Made by a program: the position numbers and the translations under genes
Notes under the pieces: generated by a model
What the model was told of the DNA's origin: nothing
Database searches by the model: none
What the model saw: the letters and a program-made list of their open reading frames with translations, nothing else
Source: Trypanosoma brucei
Taxonomy: Eukaryota
Direction: 5' to 3'
Assembly (NCBI GenBank): GCA_000002445.1
Contig: CP000069.1
Coordinates: forward strand, 960,001 to 1,024,000
Length of the DNA: 64,000 bases
Part shown: positions 9,701 to 20,154 of the stretch, piece after piece
How the letters are laid out: each line of letters begins with the position of its first letter
How positions within the stretch are numbered: the first letter of the stretch is position 1

Positions 9701-12276
9701 AGGAGGCAGAGCCAGTGAATATCATATGGCCGCTTTTCCATAACGGGTGTGCTGCAGGACTGCGATTTCTTTCGTTGCCCCATTTCAAAGGACATCGTTC
9801 AGCAAAAGAGGAAGAATCCATCACACGGCATTGGGTGCTCTATCAGACACGAAATATTTCTTGCCCAGCATCACGATCTGGACTTCTTCTAGCTGCGGGC
9901 CTACTCGGCCACCTTAAGGTCCTTCAACGGACCGATATTTATTCCCTTCTCGTATCACCACAGTCCCAGTTCTCGGGACGCGAAGCGGTTACGATTGCTG
10001 TGTTGCTGGGGTTAAGCTGTAGTTTACGTGGCACATCAAACCCTGTTGTGTTCAATTGTGTCTCAATGCATGTGCAGTCACTTACGCCAGCCACCGAAGA
10101 CATCGAAGTTTCACTTGATGTACAAACTGCCGCCTCCGTGTCACTTGGGCTTTTGTACCAGGGAACACCCGATGCCTTTTTTGTCGAGATGTTACTCATT
10201 CAAATGTCACGTCTCCCTTCGGATGAGCATTTCCGAGACCGTGAGGGTTACGCCCTTGGTGCAGGTTTTGGTCTTGGACTGTTGCTGCTTGGAACCGGAA
10301 GCTCCCATGGCGTGCCCAATGTGGAAAACCGTTTACTGAAGTTTATGGAAGGGGCTCGCCGCGAGGCCGCACCATCCGCGTGTGAAGGACTTGAAGTATT
10401 CAACGAAGTCAACCCTGACAGCGGCCACTTTCTGACACGAGCACAAATGGCGCGAAACGCCAAGGAATCGTTTAGGAACCAATCTACACGAGTATACGAA
10501 GGCGATTGCTTTAATATAGCTGTCTCCGGTCCTGCTGCTGTGGTAGCACTGGGGTTCATTTATCTGCAAACCAACGATGCGCTCATAGCAGATAAGATTG
10601 CTCCACCCAACCGTCTTGTGGGATTGCAAGGAGTTTTCCCGGAGTTGTGCCTCCTTCGGACGATGATGTCTTCCCTTATCATGTGGTCCAAGGTTGAGCC
10701 AACACAAGAGTGGATTTTCCAGAATGTCCCATCCTGCCTACTCCGCCTCGTGCACTCACCAAAGAAAAGTGGTCTCGCTCCGTCGCAGATTCGCTATCTG
10801 ACGATGAATCTTGGTTACTGCATTGCTGGTGCTGTTCTGGCAATGGGCATGCGGTTTGCAGGTTCTATGAATGCGGACGCCAAGGTGACGGTACTTGCGG
10901 AATTAAATGGGTTTCTTCGTGGTTTTATCGGTTCTACCAAGACGGGGATCACAAGTATACAGAATTCTACGGGCGCCTTTCTTCCGTGCATTTCGGCGTG
11001 CGCGATAGCATTGGCACTAGTTACTGCTGGAACAGGTGATGTTCAATGCCTCGCTGTTATGCAAAAGTTGCACAAACGCATGAATGTGGGTTATGGCGAT
11101 CATCTTGCTATCTCCATGGCTACTGGACTTCTTTTCCTCGGTGGAGGGCAACTGACACTTTCGAACTCGCTTTCTTCTGTTGCGGCCCTTATCATGGCTT
11201 TCTACCCTGTTTGGCCTGAGACAGCGTCTGACAATAGAATGCATCTGCAAGCATTGCGACATCTATACTGTCTCGCCGTGGTTCCCCGACTTATTGAAAC
11301 AATTGATGTGCTAACGAACCGTCCGGTGTCCGTTCCTGTTCGTGTCATTGTTAATCGAGGAAGGTTGTTTCAAAATGAACCTTCGAGTGTTGTGAAAGAG
11401 ATGTGGACGCCTGTGCCGAAGGGTAGAGAAAACCAAGCGGTCCGTATGGTGACACCATGCCTCTTGCCTGAACTTAGTACAGTTGCACAAATCGAAATAA
11501 GGAGTGCTCAGCACTATAATATGACCATATGCAACATGGACCCCAATGTCATTGGTGATGGTGGTATTGTTGTTCGCGTTCTTGAGAAAAATGTAACCAG
11601 CACAGAGGACGGCAAATCTGGTCGTAGCCTTGGGGAGGAACTTGTGGTGAGCTGGATACAACGCCTATTCCATGAACAAATGCAGTTGCGGCCCGGACCA
11701 ATAGAAGCTGGGGTCATCATTGACAACGTAAACCTCTTGTTCACCTGTCAGGAAAGATTTCTAGCGGATTTGAGTCATTCCGAGCGGGAGTTTTCTTTAG
11801 ATTTTATAATGAACGTGCGTCGGACGTTAAACCGACGGTACAGCGGCCTATTGCGACATACCGGAAGGTTGTCCACGCGGCACCCTCTTTCTCAGTTGAT
11901 TAAGAAGCAGAAATCCGTGTATAGCACGGCCTCTTCTCTTGTACAGACACTTGTGAGTGATGATGGGCACTCCAGTGACCTTGCGCCTATTGCGGAAGCC
12001 CTTCTCATGTATGCCGAGGCCACAGGAATGGAGTCAACGGGTAACAGCGAAGCCTTCCACGTTTCTTTTGTCATGCAATGGCTTTCTCAGGCACTTCACT
12101 TTTACGGTCTTGTCGGACGGACAAAACCTCTGTCGCAGTTGCTAACCAAGTATACTGACGTACTTCAACGGCGGGAACAAAGGGTTTACGCACTCTACCG
12201 CATGAACCAAACCTTGTTGCTTCGCCCTGAAGTGCTTGAAGACTTGGTGGATTGCTGTGTAGAGCTGGCAAACTAA
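6763..12276 (+). CDS. Anaphase-promoting complex subunit 1 (APC1)-like giant protein containing PC (proteasome/cyclosome) repeats
   Basis: 1837-aa ORF. It has repeated Gly/Leu-rich PC-repeat-like segments (GAGFGLGLLLLGTGSSHG..., LALVTAGTGDVQCLAVMQKLHKRM..GYGDHLAISMATGLLFLGGGQLTLSNS) typical of APC1, Rpn1 and Rpn2. Its size fits APC1 rather than the proteasome subunits. Confidence 0.55.
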   Translation: MQSAYTIKVSERQADGVRDVSVFHHGELHFSTSHRNMKWAVLTRFPAPFTQHGGSLHPAAISLPDEKCDVASACRGNEKQRDPVVVGKSDIDSGSKLMYEYLCVFHCDEPRNRLSHYTAHQPWTICSAYSTADPAAVTHFVLNNINPSCVVPGLRGVFVHGTPQSVPTVPSPLIQVGVNTFQPAADLWWMVSQLAINPVYVSVGGGNPATCLPTGDAAANSTRMHIYNCEDNMECVAPKYALVGSTVLAQFQVSEDRMMVVAVGGNDVRLAMTTVSEHVGIMLWVWWPQRLHMPNLRVKGASVSLTVSESCRANVQVLFLFDASRGSLHVLRTPDLLTAKGSLDLLFTISTNCPPVVLPCMCSSMMQPIMVCNRPSVNEVALYYVPELLRTPLSTNYMATMSLSGVLPKNVIVEGVSYHNGSTVVFEAAVAGSDREPSVAASHQQYAFNFPSLLDEQHPLARFILEALEPVFETECVALLQCELLRRSWKSKRKGQVWDFGTGCLELIANIVHNSMSPNSDRRGSPSGGGRYAAAGGSGSGRSVSQMCDAAPSGLELQTSSACTFVDKNFRLCDVVADPILMTADTLQKNAFRFQDRGHHENHGKFSSELDHGNIWTKKQCGLCVFTLHLLYESLKLQERFWILLEPLARLNLRLSEIMQWSQYTRYYSTCLCETETEDFAGHTTTGASRTGTTVSFQRALPENLLIEYFKFHTSSSTAAVMSGAPPLLYTILQRVLKGKARTSGGWPAIRGITSSNPLSLANKLFFMLVDCFDAPQVTARVPTSWWFTLCKGLLEYDIDPKFVSTELCAGVGQPIERALCIAKDHPDDIWNDDFNTIIGRLDRLQHNLTSTRCVNPAGDVVRTAQERAIGREYRATLNDDDGVIMRPDFPKRWGDSRLDIVQSMFNTAAPITLPSQVDGTDAIYGSLRNLSRRATALPVGRGMFTLCTQNFRVRDSVPIPPLNLEGRTSDGITITNNFEEAEPVNIIWPLFHNGCAAGLRFLSLPHFKGHRSAKEEESITRHWVLYQTRNISCPASRSGLLLAAGLLGHLKVLQRTDIYSLLVSPQSQFSGREAVTIAVLLGLSCSLRGTSNPVVFNCVSMHVQSLTPATEDIEVSLDVQTAASVSLGLLYQGTPDAFFVEMLLIQMSRLPSDEHFRDREGYALGAGFGLGLLLLGTGSSHGVPNVENRLLKFMEGARREAAPSACEGLEVFNEVNPDSGHFLTRAQMARNAKESFRNQSTRVYEGDCFNIAVSGPAAVVALGFIYLQTNDALIADKIAPPNRLVGLQGVFPELCLLRTMMSSLIMWSKVEPTQEWIFQNVPSCLLRLVHSPKKSGLAPSQIRYLTMNLGYCIAGAVLAMGMRFAGSMNADAKVTVLAELNGFLRGFIGSTKTGITSIQNSTGAFLPCISACAIALALVTAGTGDVQCLAVMQKLHKRMNVGYGDHLAISMATGLLFLGGGQLTLSNSLSSVAALIMAFYPVWPETASDNRMHLQALRHLYCLAVVPRLIETIDVLTNRPVSVPVRVIVNRGRLFQNEPSSVVKEMWTPVPKGRENQAVRMVTPCLLPELSTVAQIEIRSAQHYNMTICNMDPNVIGDGGIVVRVLEKNVTSTEDGKSGRSLGEELVVSWIQRLFHEQMQLRPGPIEAGVIIDNVNLLFTCQERFLADLSHSEREFSLDFIMNVRRTLNRRYSGLLRHTGRLSTRHPLSQLIKKQKSVYSTASSLVQTLVSDDGHSSDLAPIAEALLMYAEATGMESTGNSEAFHVSFVMQWLSQALHFYGLVGRTKPLSQLLTKYTDVLQRREQRVYALYRMNQTLLLRPEVLEDLVDCCVELAN

Positions 12277-12729
12277 CCGTGCATGCGCAAACGTGCGTGC
12301 GCGCCTATAGATTCGAACCGTATCCTTGAATTTTATACTTCTTTTGACCTCCATCTACCATCAGATGGTCGCCGGGTGTTGTGTGCCCGATAGTGCTGTT
12401 TTGCTATAGCGTATGTCAGTGTACATTTCATCCCCAGTTTTGCCTCCTTTTAACCTGCTGGTACATAAAGTACAGTTTAAAGGGGTAGCAGTTGCACATC
12501 ACTTTGGACCTTTCTTTTGAGTTTCCTCCCGAAAATTAATCTCCCACTTTCCTCATTTCTATCCCTTGACCCTGCCGTATTCACGCGAACACGTTTGTGT
12601 GTGATCTTTAACTACATGTTCAGTAACTGTAAGTGAATAGAAGAAGGTAGCACACTTTGTAGGAATATACGCATTGAAGGTTATATTTTTGTTACTTATA
12701 TTATTGTTTCACTGCTATCTATCATCACT

Positions 12730-13122
12730 ATGGATGATGATAAACTTGTGATGTTTGACGCCAATGGCGCCATACGCATGTACGACCCGGAGAAATTCGA
12801 CCAACTAGTGAAGACGATCGAAGTCGAAAAACGCTTTACCACACGTATGGACGAGTTCAAGAACATCGTCAATCAGACTATGTCGATTGTTGAGCAACTG
12901 GGAAAGGCCATTGAAGAGGAAAAATTGAAAGCGATTGGATCTCGCAACATCGTAGAAAGCGAAGCAGAGGAGCGCTTTCGCACTGTACAGGAGGCGCAAG
13001 TAAGGCTCCGTGAAAAGCAAGCGGAACTCGACCGTTATATTGCAGAATATGATTCATTGAAGAAAGTGGAACAAGAACAGGAGATGTACATCAAGCACCT
13101 GAGTCACGCCTCGCGTGAGTAG
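12730..13122 (+). CDS. IFT20: Intraflagellar transport protein 20 (IFT20)
   Basis: 130-aa coiled-coil ORF. KAIEEEKLKAIGSRN and ELDRYIAEYDSLKKVEQEQEMYI align with the conserved IFT20 core (KEAENEKMKAIGARN...[23 protein letters not shown]). The size also matches IFT20. Confidence 0.8.
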   Translation: MDDDKLVMFDANGAIRMYDPEKFDQLVKTIEVEKRFTTRMDEFKNIVNQTMSIVEQLGKAIEEEKLKAIGSRNIVESEAEERFRTVQEAQVRLREKQAELDRYIAEYDSLKKVEQEQEMYIKHLSHASRE

Positions 13123-13716
13123 CTGGACACAGTTAACATGGATAGAGTGATTATGTTTACGGGTGTATGTACGATGAAGGAAAGGGAAAGGAAGGGATGA
13201 CAGCAGCTAAAATATTATTTTATGTCACGTATTCCTCTCCCCTTCCCATGTGCCCCTTGTCTCGTATGCTTCGGTTCACATCTGGGAGAACAAGGGGGGA
13301 AGTGGAGGTAACATTAACGGTGAGTATAGATTTTTGTTTATGATTGCTTGATGGTTGATGCGGGTAGTTCTTTTGTTTTTGGGGCTACTCATGCGATCTG
13401 TTTGTTCATATATATATTCTCGGTAGCTACGAGCACATCTCTCATTCTTTATTTTATTTACAAGTGTTTTGCAGCAAAACTATTGCTTACTCATTTGCTA
13501 TGTTTACTTTATTACTGCCTTCCACCTTGTCATTCCCCTCCCATCCCTACCCCGGTCGTTTTCGTTACTGGTTTTAAAACCGACTTCCAATAGGAAACTG
13601 TGGGCAGGACGTCGAATTTGGAATTCATTGCAGAAAAAGCAAGTGTTTAGGCAAAGGGGAAAGGATAGAGGCTTATCAGCTAGAAAATTTCCGTGTAGTT
13701 TTCCACCACGTCTCAG

Positions 13717-15009
13717 ATGGAACTGCAGTCGCTTATAGACACGGTGAGTTTGCAAAAACTGCTGCTTCTGGGTGCCTTGTTGCGTTTAATTCTTATCGCG
13801 TATGCATTCTTTCATGATCAATGGTTTAGGGTAAAATATACGGATATTGATTACATGATCGTTGTGGATGGGGCGCGACACATGTGGAATGGGGGCTCTC
13901 CTTTCGATCGCACGACGTTTCGTTATACCCCCCTTCTTGCTGCGTTAGTGATGCCCAGCATTTGGATTGCGAATCCCATGGGAAAGTTGATATTCGCTTC
14001 TTCGGACTTAGGTGCGGCGTGGTATTGTTACGGTGTGCTGAAAAGTTTTGCCAAGGAAAGAAGTGCGAAGTGGATGGTGTCTTTATTTATCTTGTTTAAT
14101 CCGATTGTTCTGAGTGTGTCCACACGGGGGAACAGCGACATGCTGGTTACTTTCATGAGTTTGATGGTTTTGTCTAAGTTCGCTCGTCGTAAGTGCTATC
14201 AAGCAGCGGCCGTTCTTGGTTTCGCCGTTCACTTTAAGATATACCCGATAATATATGCTCTTCCGCTTACCCTTGGTGTGTGGGAACAATCTGTTGCGGC
14301 GAGCACAAACACGTGGAGACGGGTGGTCAAAACAGCAGTCGTCGTGTCAATATGCGCACTAATGGCTGCAATTTCCTTCGCAGTACCCACGGTCCTTTGT
14401 TACATGAAGTATGGACAACAGTACCTCAACGAGGCCTTTATTTACCATGTATATCGCGAAGATCATCGTCACAACTTTTCACCGTATTGGTTGCTGATGT
14501 ATCTCAACATGGCGAGACGTCATCTGGGACAAGGTGTTGACTTCTCCCCGCGCCTCGTTGCGTTTGCTCCTCAGGCAGTGGTGTTGAGTTTTGTATCGTA
14601 CAAACTCCGCCGCAACACGGCGCATGCTTGCTGTGTGCAGACGGTGTTGTTCGTTGCCTTTAATAAAGTGTGCACTGTACAATATTTTGTGTGGTTTATC
14701 CCCTTTCTTGCGTTCCTTTTCTGTGAGCCAAAAGAGGTGGAGGACGACGAAAGTGGTGGCAGCGGTGCGTTCAAATTTTTTTCCTGGGTGAAGGCGCTCG
14801 GTGTGGTGCTGATGTGGGCAGCAACCATTCCTCTATGGGTCACCACCGCCGTGCCGCTGGAGTTTCACGGTTATAGTGACTTTGCACAACTCTGGATTGT
14901 TTCGTGCCTTTTCTTTTTGGCGATGGTTGTACTCGCTTCCATGTTAGCACGCATTGCGTATCGGGTTCAGTGTACGAAGTGTTCAGCGAAGTCGATCAAA
15001 GTAGCTTAG
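13717..15009 (+). CDS. GPI14: GPI mannosyltransferase I (PIG-M / GPI14 family), a multi-pass ER membrane protein
   Basis: 430-aa ORF with the PIG-M signature region KYTDIDYMIVVDGARHMWNGGSPFDRTTFRYTPLL (human PIG-M has [35 protein letters not shown]). It has many predicted TM helices. Confidence 0.85.
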   Translation: MELQSLIDTVSLQKLLLLGALLRLILIAYAFFHDQWFRVKYTDIDYMIVVDGARHMWNGGSPFDRTTFRYTPLLAALVMPSIWIANPMGKLIFASSDLGAAWYCYGVLKSFAKERSAKWMVSLFILFNPIVLSVSTRGNSDMLVTFMSLMVLSKFARRKCYQAAAVLGFAVHFKIYPIIYALPLTLGVWEQSVAASTNTWRRVVKTAVVVSICALMAAISFAVPTVLCYMKYGQQYLNEAFIYHVYREDHRHNFSPYWLLMYLNMARRHLGQGVDFSPRLVAFAPQAVVLSFVSYKLRRNTAHACCVQTVLFVAFNKVCTVQYFVWFIPFLAFLFCEPKEVEDDESGGSGAFKFFSWVKALGVVLMWAATIPLWVTTAVPLEFHGYSDFAQLWIVSCLFFLAMVVLASMLARIAYRVQCTKCSAKSIKVA

Positions 15010-15096
15010 CGCGGTGTTGTCGATGTCTTACAGTTGGCTTGCAAGTGGGTGTTTGCTTCGCGGTGGATTGGTTTAACCCGTAAGAGAGTACTCAAC

Positions 15097-15150
15097 ATCC
15101 CTTCCCCAACCTGCGTTTTCTCATTTCTTTTTTTTTTTGGAGTTTTTTGT
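15097..15150 (+). promoter_or_regulatory. Polypyrimidine tract upstream of the calpain-like gene, a candidate trans-splicing region
   Basis: ctgcgttttctcatttctttttttttttggagttttttgtcac precedes the ORF that starts at 15469. Confidence 0.3.
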
Positions 15151-15468
15151 CACATTGAAATATAAGGAAAGCGTCGACCGTATTACATACCCGTAATTCC
15201 TTTAACACCACATTCGTCCACGTGTCCACGTCACCCAAACCTTGTTACTTGAAACCGAATTAGTTATCTCTTATCTTGTTACATCGTACGATAAACACTT
15301 CTTTTTTCTGTAAGTCTCATTCGCCCACTTTCCGCTTCTACTCCTGAAGGTTACGCTTCACGCTCCCGTTTGGGTTAGAACAAAGGAGGAATATAAACAA
15401 AGAAGGGAGAGGGGAGAACTGTCCGCAAGGGAGAGTGATCCTTAATATTTTCTCTAGAAGGGATTGCA

Positions 15469-18400
15469 ATGGTTGTGAGTCTTTCCGGTTATTCTCCGCG
15501 GGAAGTATACGAGGTAGAGTGTGCCAAATTTAACTGCAAAAAGAATAGTGCAATATGTAACTTCCTTTCGGAGCGGCCGGATGACTTTAAAAGCATCAGC
15601 GTTATTGATTTATCAAAGAATTTTGTGGGGCCAAAAGGTGTTCTGCCTCTTCTGGAGGTTGTTCGTCTCTGTGAAAATCTCGAACTTTTGAATCTGTGCG
15701 GTCAACAACTAGATAAAAACGCTATTGACGCACTCTGTTTGGTGTTGCGTAGTCATCCCACTGTAATTCATTTAAATCTCTCGGCCAATCCACTTAGTAT
15801 GTCGGCAGGTACATCGCTTCTCTTGCTGGCGAAGGACAATCCGCTTATTCAGCACATCAACCTCACAGATAGCTTCATCAAACCATCTGTTCTGTTGGCG
15901 ATTAATGCACAATTGGAGAGAAACAGAGAATATAGAGGTAAGGAAGCGGACCGAGCAGATATAATTTCAAACGTGCAAAGGAATGAGAAATTAAACGGTG
16001 GTGATGTTAGAATACCCTTGCAGACATCGCAAGAGAGAGGGGAAGTTCTTTCAAGGCCTATGCAACCGATTGTGCAAGACCAAAATGTGACATCGCGTGA
16101 AACAGATGATCAGGCATACGATTCCTTGTATCCCCATGATTTGGGTGCCCTTTTGGCTAGTTTTACACATGAGGTTCATGATGTCTTGTTTGATGAAGAT
16201 CCGACATCATACGTAGCGAAATATTGCTCGGTGCGGCGGACATGCTTTCACGATGCAGACTTTCGTGCTGATAGAGTCCCTCTTCGTCGCGGTGTTAGGC
16301 GGTGGGATGCCTTCGCCTGGAGGCGTGTGAGCAAGTTGTTTCCATCAGCAACGTTACTTCCGGAAGCTGGGGAAGATAAGACACTGGTATTCCCTCGCGA
16401 ATGCTTCCAAGCATATTCGTGGGTTTTTACCTGCGTTGAGGCTGTTTTCAAGGATGCGGCAATCCTTCGTGATACTCTTTTCACTTCTTACGATGTGGAT
16501 CACGGTGTTTATGGTATTCGCGTGTATGTGGATGGGCGGTGGCGGTACGTTATAGTCGATGACTATCTTCCCGTTAACGAGAAGAACGAACTCATGTTCA
16601 CAAAACCCGTTGACAATAAATACTTCTGGCCTTGTATACTAGAGAAAGCATTAGCCAAGATGTACGGTGGTTATTTGGCACTTGATATAGAATTTATTTT
16701 GGAGTCCGTTCCACGAGCCCTTTCGATGACTCCTGAAGCAACCACCCCAACGAACACGCCACTACTTGCGTCCAACGGTTTTCCGAACACTGTGGAGTGT
16801 CGTGATGACGATGTACGGCGTACGAGCTGCGCCAAAACACTACAAGACCTCAGTGGTGGGGTGGGTATTACTCGCTTCCTGCGTACTGCTGAATTTCAGA
16901 AGGATGAGTGGTGGGCCTCTATGCTAGATATGTCTAGGTCTGGTGCTATTATGGTGGGGATAACAGACTTTGAAAATGCCCTTCCCGGTATAGAGACGGC
17001 TCACGCATACCGCATTACCCACGTGCAGCAGGTTGGTGGAATAAAGCTCGTCATGCTTTCCAGTCAGTGGTCGCCCCAGCAGTGGAAGGGCGATTGGTCA
17101 GATGATTCTTGTCTATGGCAGTCTCATCGTGATGTCAGTATGACTCTTCGAAAAAAAAGGTTGGCCGGCGACCACTTTGGGTTTTGGATGTCGTATAACG
17201 ACTTCCTTTCGGTTTTTATTCAGGTGCATATTTGTCATGTGTTTAATGGCTTTACACAGCATGTTGTGGAGTGTGAGTGGGGTAGGGACACCGCAGGGGG
17301 GCCATGCTTTGACCATCACTGGCACCTCAATCCACACTTCAAACTGCGACTGTCAGAGAACACGCTCTTTTTCATCAACCTTTCCCTACCGGACACGCGC
17401 TTTGCACCAACGTGCGTTAAGGCGATGGGGATGCATATTCTTAACAGCCCGCGGTACCCGGTATGCTACCTACATAACACGCAAGATTGTGTCGTCGCAA
17501 CCGATTATGTGGAGACGGACTCGATTTCCGTAGAGGGCAATTTTACAAAAGAAGGTGTTTATTGGATAGTTCCCAGTGCTGACTTGACAGGGGTAATGAG
17601 CAGGTTCATCCTCCGCATGTTTGTGAGCTCACCATTTGTTTTCTCTTCAGAAGTGATTGGCAACCACTGGAATACGCTGAAATTCTCCGATATCATAGAG
17701 TGTAGTGGCGAATTCTGTGCGGGGGATGACAACGCGCAAGTGCTTATTCGGTTTCTCACAAATGACAAGATTAGAGAGGAGGTGTCGGTAGGTCCAATTG
17801 TTGTGAAGGTGGCAACACCAGAGGATAAGAACCTTGCGATTGGGCTGTTCCTTGTACATTCAAGTTTTGCGGGATCGAAGGCGTCCAGGACCCTTGGAGT
17901 TGTGGATAAAGGGGATATTGTGGCTTCGAGTCCTTATGCAGTTACTGACAGGGCTTACATTATGGCAGACGTTTGCGATAACGACGTGTACACATTGATA
18001 ACATGTATTAGTCCCACCGGCTCACGCGCGGAAATCGAATACACCCTATGGAGTGCCATCCCCTCGCCGCAGCATACCATTTTACCTGTATGGGGAAGGA
18101 AAAGCGTTACAGTGTCGTGGCCTGAGGGGAGTGGTTCTTTCTATGGGGTGAAGAACAACCCGCAAATTGAGATATGCCCTGAACGCGATTTTGATACGTT
18201 CGTTATCAAGATGAACCTCGTGGAATGTAATGTGACCGATCCTGCGATTGTTCTTTTCGTGCTTCAAAACGCCGGGAATAAGGGGGATGGTATCAAGGGG
18301 AAAATACCAGCGAATCAGGTGTTAAAACGCTCTCAGTATGTGCGACACCACTTTGTACAGTGCGAGCTGCAACTGCTAGAACCGACGGACTCCCTTTTGG

Positions 18401-18501
18401 TTATTCCTTGTCTGCAGCCCACGGGGTCGAAAGGGGCGTGTGCCATAACGGTTTCAACGGAAACTTCCGATTTTTCTGTTAGAGTGTTGTCGAGTGTTTA
18501 A
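15469..18501 (+). CDS. Calpain-like cysteine peptidase family protein with N-terminal leucine-rich repeats. The catalytic Cys motif was not seen and is likely degenerate.
   Basis: 1010-aa ORF. The N-terminus carries RNI-type LRRs (IDLSKNFVGPKGVLPLLEVVRLCENLELLNLCGQQL...LNLSANPL). The central region resembles the calpain protease core around YGIRVYVDGRWRYVIVDDYLPVN...KYFWPCILEKALAKMYGGYLAL (WVALLEKAYAKLHGSY-like). No QGxxGDCW motif was found. Confidence 0.7.
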   Translation: MVVSLSGYSPREVYEVECAKFNCKKNSAICNFLSERPDDFKSISVIDLSKNFVGPKGVLPLLEVVRLCENLELLNLCGQQLDKNAIDALCLVLRSHPTVIHLNLSANPLSMSAGTSLLLLAKDNPLIQHINLTDSFIKPSVLLAINAQLERNREYRGKEADRADIISNVQRNEKLNGGDVRIPLQTSQERGEVLSRPMQPIVQDQNVTSRETDDQAYDSLYPHDLGALLASFTHEVHDVLFDEDPTSYVAKYCSVRRTCFHDADFRADRVPLRRGVRRWDAFAWRRVSKLFPSATLLPEAGEDKTLVFPRECFQAYSWVFTCVEAVFKDAAILRDTLFTSYDVDHGVYGIRVYVDGRWRYVIVDDYLPVNEKNELMFTKPVDNKYFWPCILEKALAKMYGGYLALDIEFILESVPRALSMTPEATTPTNTPLLASNGFPNTVECRDDDVRRTSCAKTLQDLSGGVGITRFLRTAEFQKDEWWASMLDMSRSGAIMVGITDFENALPGIETAHAYRITHVQQVGGIKLVMLSSQWSPQQWKGDWSDDSCLWQSHRDVSMTLRKKRLAGDHFGFWMSYNDFLSVFIQVHICHVFNGFTQHVVECEWGRDTAGGPCFDHHWHLNPHFKLRLSENTLFFINLSLPDTRFAPTCVKAMGMHILNSPRYPVCYLHNTQDCVVATDYVETDSISVEGNFTKEGVYWIVPSADLTGVMSRFILRMFVSSPFVFSSEVIGNHWNTLKFSDIIECSGEFCAGDDNAQVLIRFLTNDKIREEVSVGPIVVKVATPEDKNLAIGLFLVHSSFAGSKASRTLGVVDKGDIVASSPYAVTDRAYIMADVCDNDVYTLITCISPTGSRAEIEYTLWSAIPSPQHTILPVWGRKSVTVSWPEGSGSFYGVKNNPQIEICPERDFDTFVIKMNLVECNVTDPAIVLFVLQNAGNKGDGIKGKIPANQVLKRSQYVRHHFVQCELQLLEPTDSLLVIPCLQPTGSKGACAITVSTETSDFSVRVLSSV

Positions 18502-18988
18502 ACAATTGAGAGAGGAGTATGATGGTGGATATTCACTGGTGAAATGTGGCACCACGAATTAATAATGGTGGGCAGTGCCCACTGGTGGGTGGGGGTGAGG
18601 GGAATTGCACCTAATTTTCACATGTAAAGTGTTTTCCTTCAGGCGATCGAAAGAAAACGGCAGGCGTCAGTACTGTTGGTGTTGATTTTGTATGTTTAAT
18701 GTGTTTACGAACCAACAAAAGGGAGGAATGTTTACGTATACATGCGGATTAGACTCACTGTCTCCTATTGCACTTGCTGTTGTTTGTAACTGGTGTGCTT
18801 TTGGTTAGGCGTCAGCTCTGTAATAATATCTGATGGCCGGAAAGCCATAACAGTAACCGTACACTTTACTTTGTTTCTTACGTGGCATCCTCTTCACATC
18901 TCCACACCCTTTCACATGCACATTTGTCGATGATAACGTACAAGTTGGGCTAACGAAAAACGAAGCAGAGTAAGTATAAACCACGGAG

Positions 18989-19708
18989 ATGAGCACCGAA
19001 GACATTCTGATTGAATGCCCTCTTAATGTTGAGGTTGAGGAAGAAGCAGATGGCATCAACGATGTTGTTCGTTTAGAGGAAAATCAATTATCTACTGCAC
19101 AACTACTCTGTCGAATTACGTCCCTCATCGCGATTGGGGCGTTTATATACTTAACTTTTTGGAACAACTCTCAGTTCTGGGCCGTAGTATTTGTCTATCA
19201 TCCATTGTTTATGGTAGTTGCTTTTATGGGCGCGCTTCCCGAGCTCATGTGCACTGTTGCTGGTTTTCATAGTCGGAAGTTTCCATTTAGTCGCGTCATA
19301 AGAACGCATCTCAAGTGGACTATGGTGTTTAAGGCATTAAGTTTGCTTGGCATAGTCGCAGTAGAGTGGACCAAATTCGTCAAATCCAAAAATCATTTCA
19401 AGTCTTGGCATGGGATTATCGGTGCCGTGTGTGAAGCTTCTCAGTTTTTGGAAGCACTCGTAGGTCTCAGCATGTATTTCAATGCTGGTGGTCGCTTCTT
19501 CAGTTCGTCTCAGGCGCGTTTGCTTCGTGTGGCGCATCGACTCCTTGCCGTCGTGGTTATTTTAACGGGATTAACTTCCATGTCGTTGGGCATGTTCACC
19601 AAGTTTGCCGTGGAAGTGTACGGAGCGTTGGCCGTGCGGGTGGCATTTGCCATTCTTCCCATTGTTTTGGCACTGTGGGGTTATGCTTGCCCCTTTGTGG
19701 CCTGGTAA
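18989..19708 (+). CDS. Multi-pass membrane protein, possibly of the cytochrome b561 / ferric-reductase type
   Basis: 239-aa ORF with about five or six hydrophobic helices and paired His residues at conserved spacing (YHPLFMVVAF, THLKWTMVF, SWHGIIGAV, AHRLLAVVV), suggestive of a di-haem b561-like fold. Confidence 0.45.
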   Translation: MSTEDILIECPLNVEVEEEADGINDVVRLEENQLSTAQLLCRITSLIAIGAFIYLTFWNNSQFWAVVFVYHPLFMVVAFMGALPELMCTVAGFHSRKFPFSRVIRTHLKWTMVFKALSLLGIVAVEWTKFVKSKNHFKSWHGIIGAVCEASQFLEALVGLSMYFNAGGRFFSSSQARLLRVAHRLLAVVVILTGLTSMSLGMFTKFAVEVYGALAVRVAFAILPIVLALWGYACPFVAW

Positions 19709-20154
19709 ATGAACGAAAGAATCAAAAAGAGAAATAGGGCAGGGTATACTAAAAAGGTGCACGAAAAGGCATTTGGTCTGAGGGGTGGTCGTCAACAAGA
19801 AAAGAAATGTTGCTGGGGAGTTTTGTCCAAAAAAAAATAAAATAATAGTGATAACCCTTTCATTTGGAAGCTTGTGCTCCTCTGTTCTTTGCTGCTTTTT
19901 TTTTGTCAGCCTGCTGAGAGTGTTATGTAACCTACACCATTTATCAAATGGCAACTTGCTTTCTTGTGGTGGAGCATGCCCAAATATTTCGCTATATGGG
20001 TGTCAGGGAATGTGATAGTCTCGTCGGTTACAGTAGTGGCAGTAGGTGACTTTCTGTCGTCTTTTCCCCTCATTTGTATTGTCAGTTGTTGGTGGCACGA
20101 GTATCGTTGTGCAGGCACATACGCACGCACAGTCATACAAGGTGATATCGAAAT

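Noticed and set aside
12290-12330. Possible tRNA. The string gattcgaacc superficially recalls a T-arm.
   Set aside because: No acceptor-stem pairing, no GGTTCGA(A/T)TCC box and no plausible cloverleaf in the surrounding 80 nt. No other tRNA-like segments were seen in the strand-switch island either.
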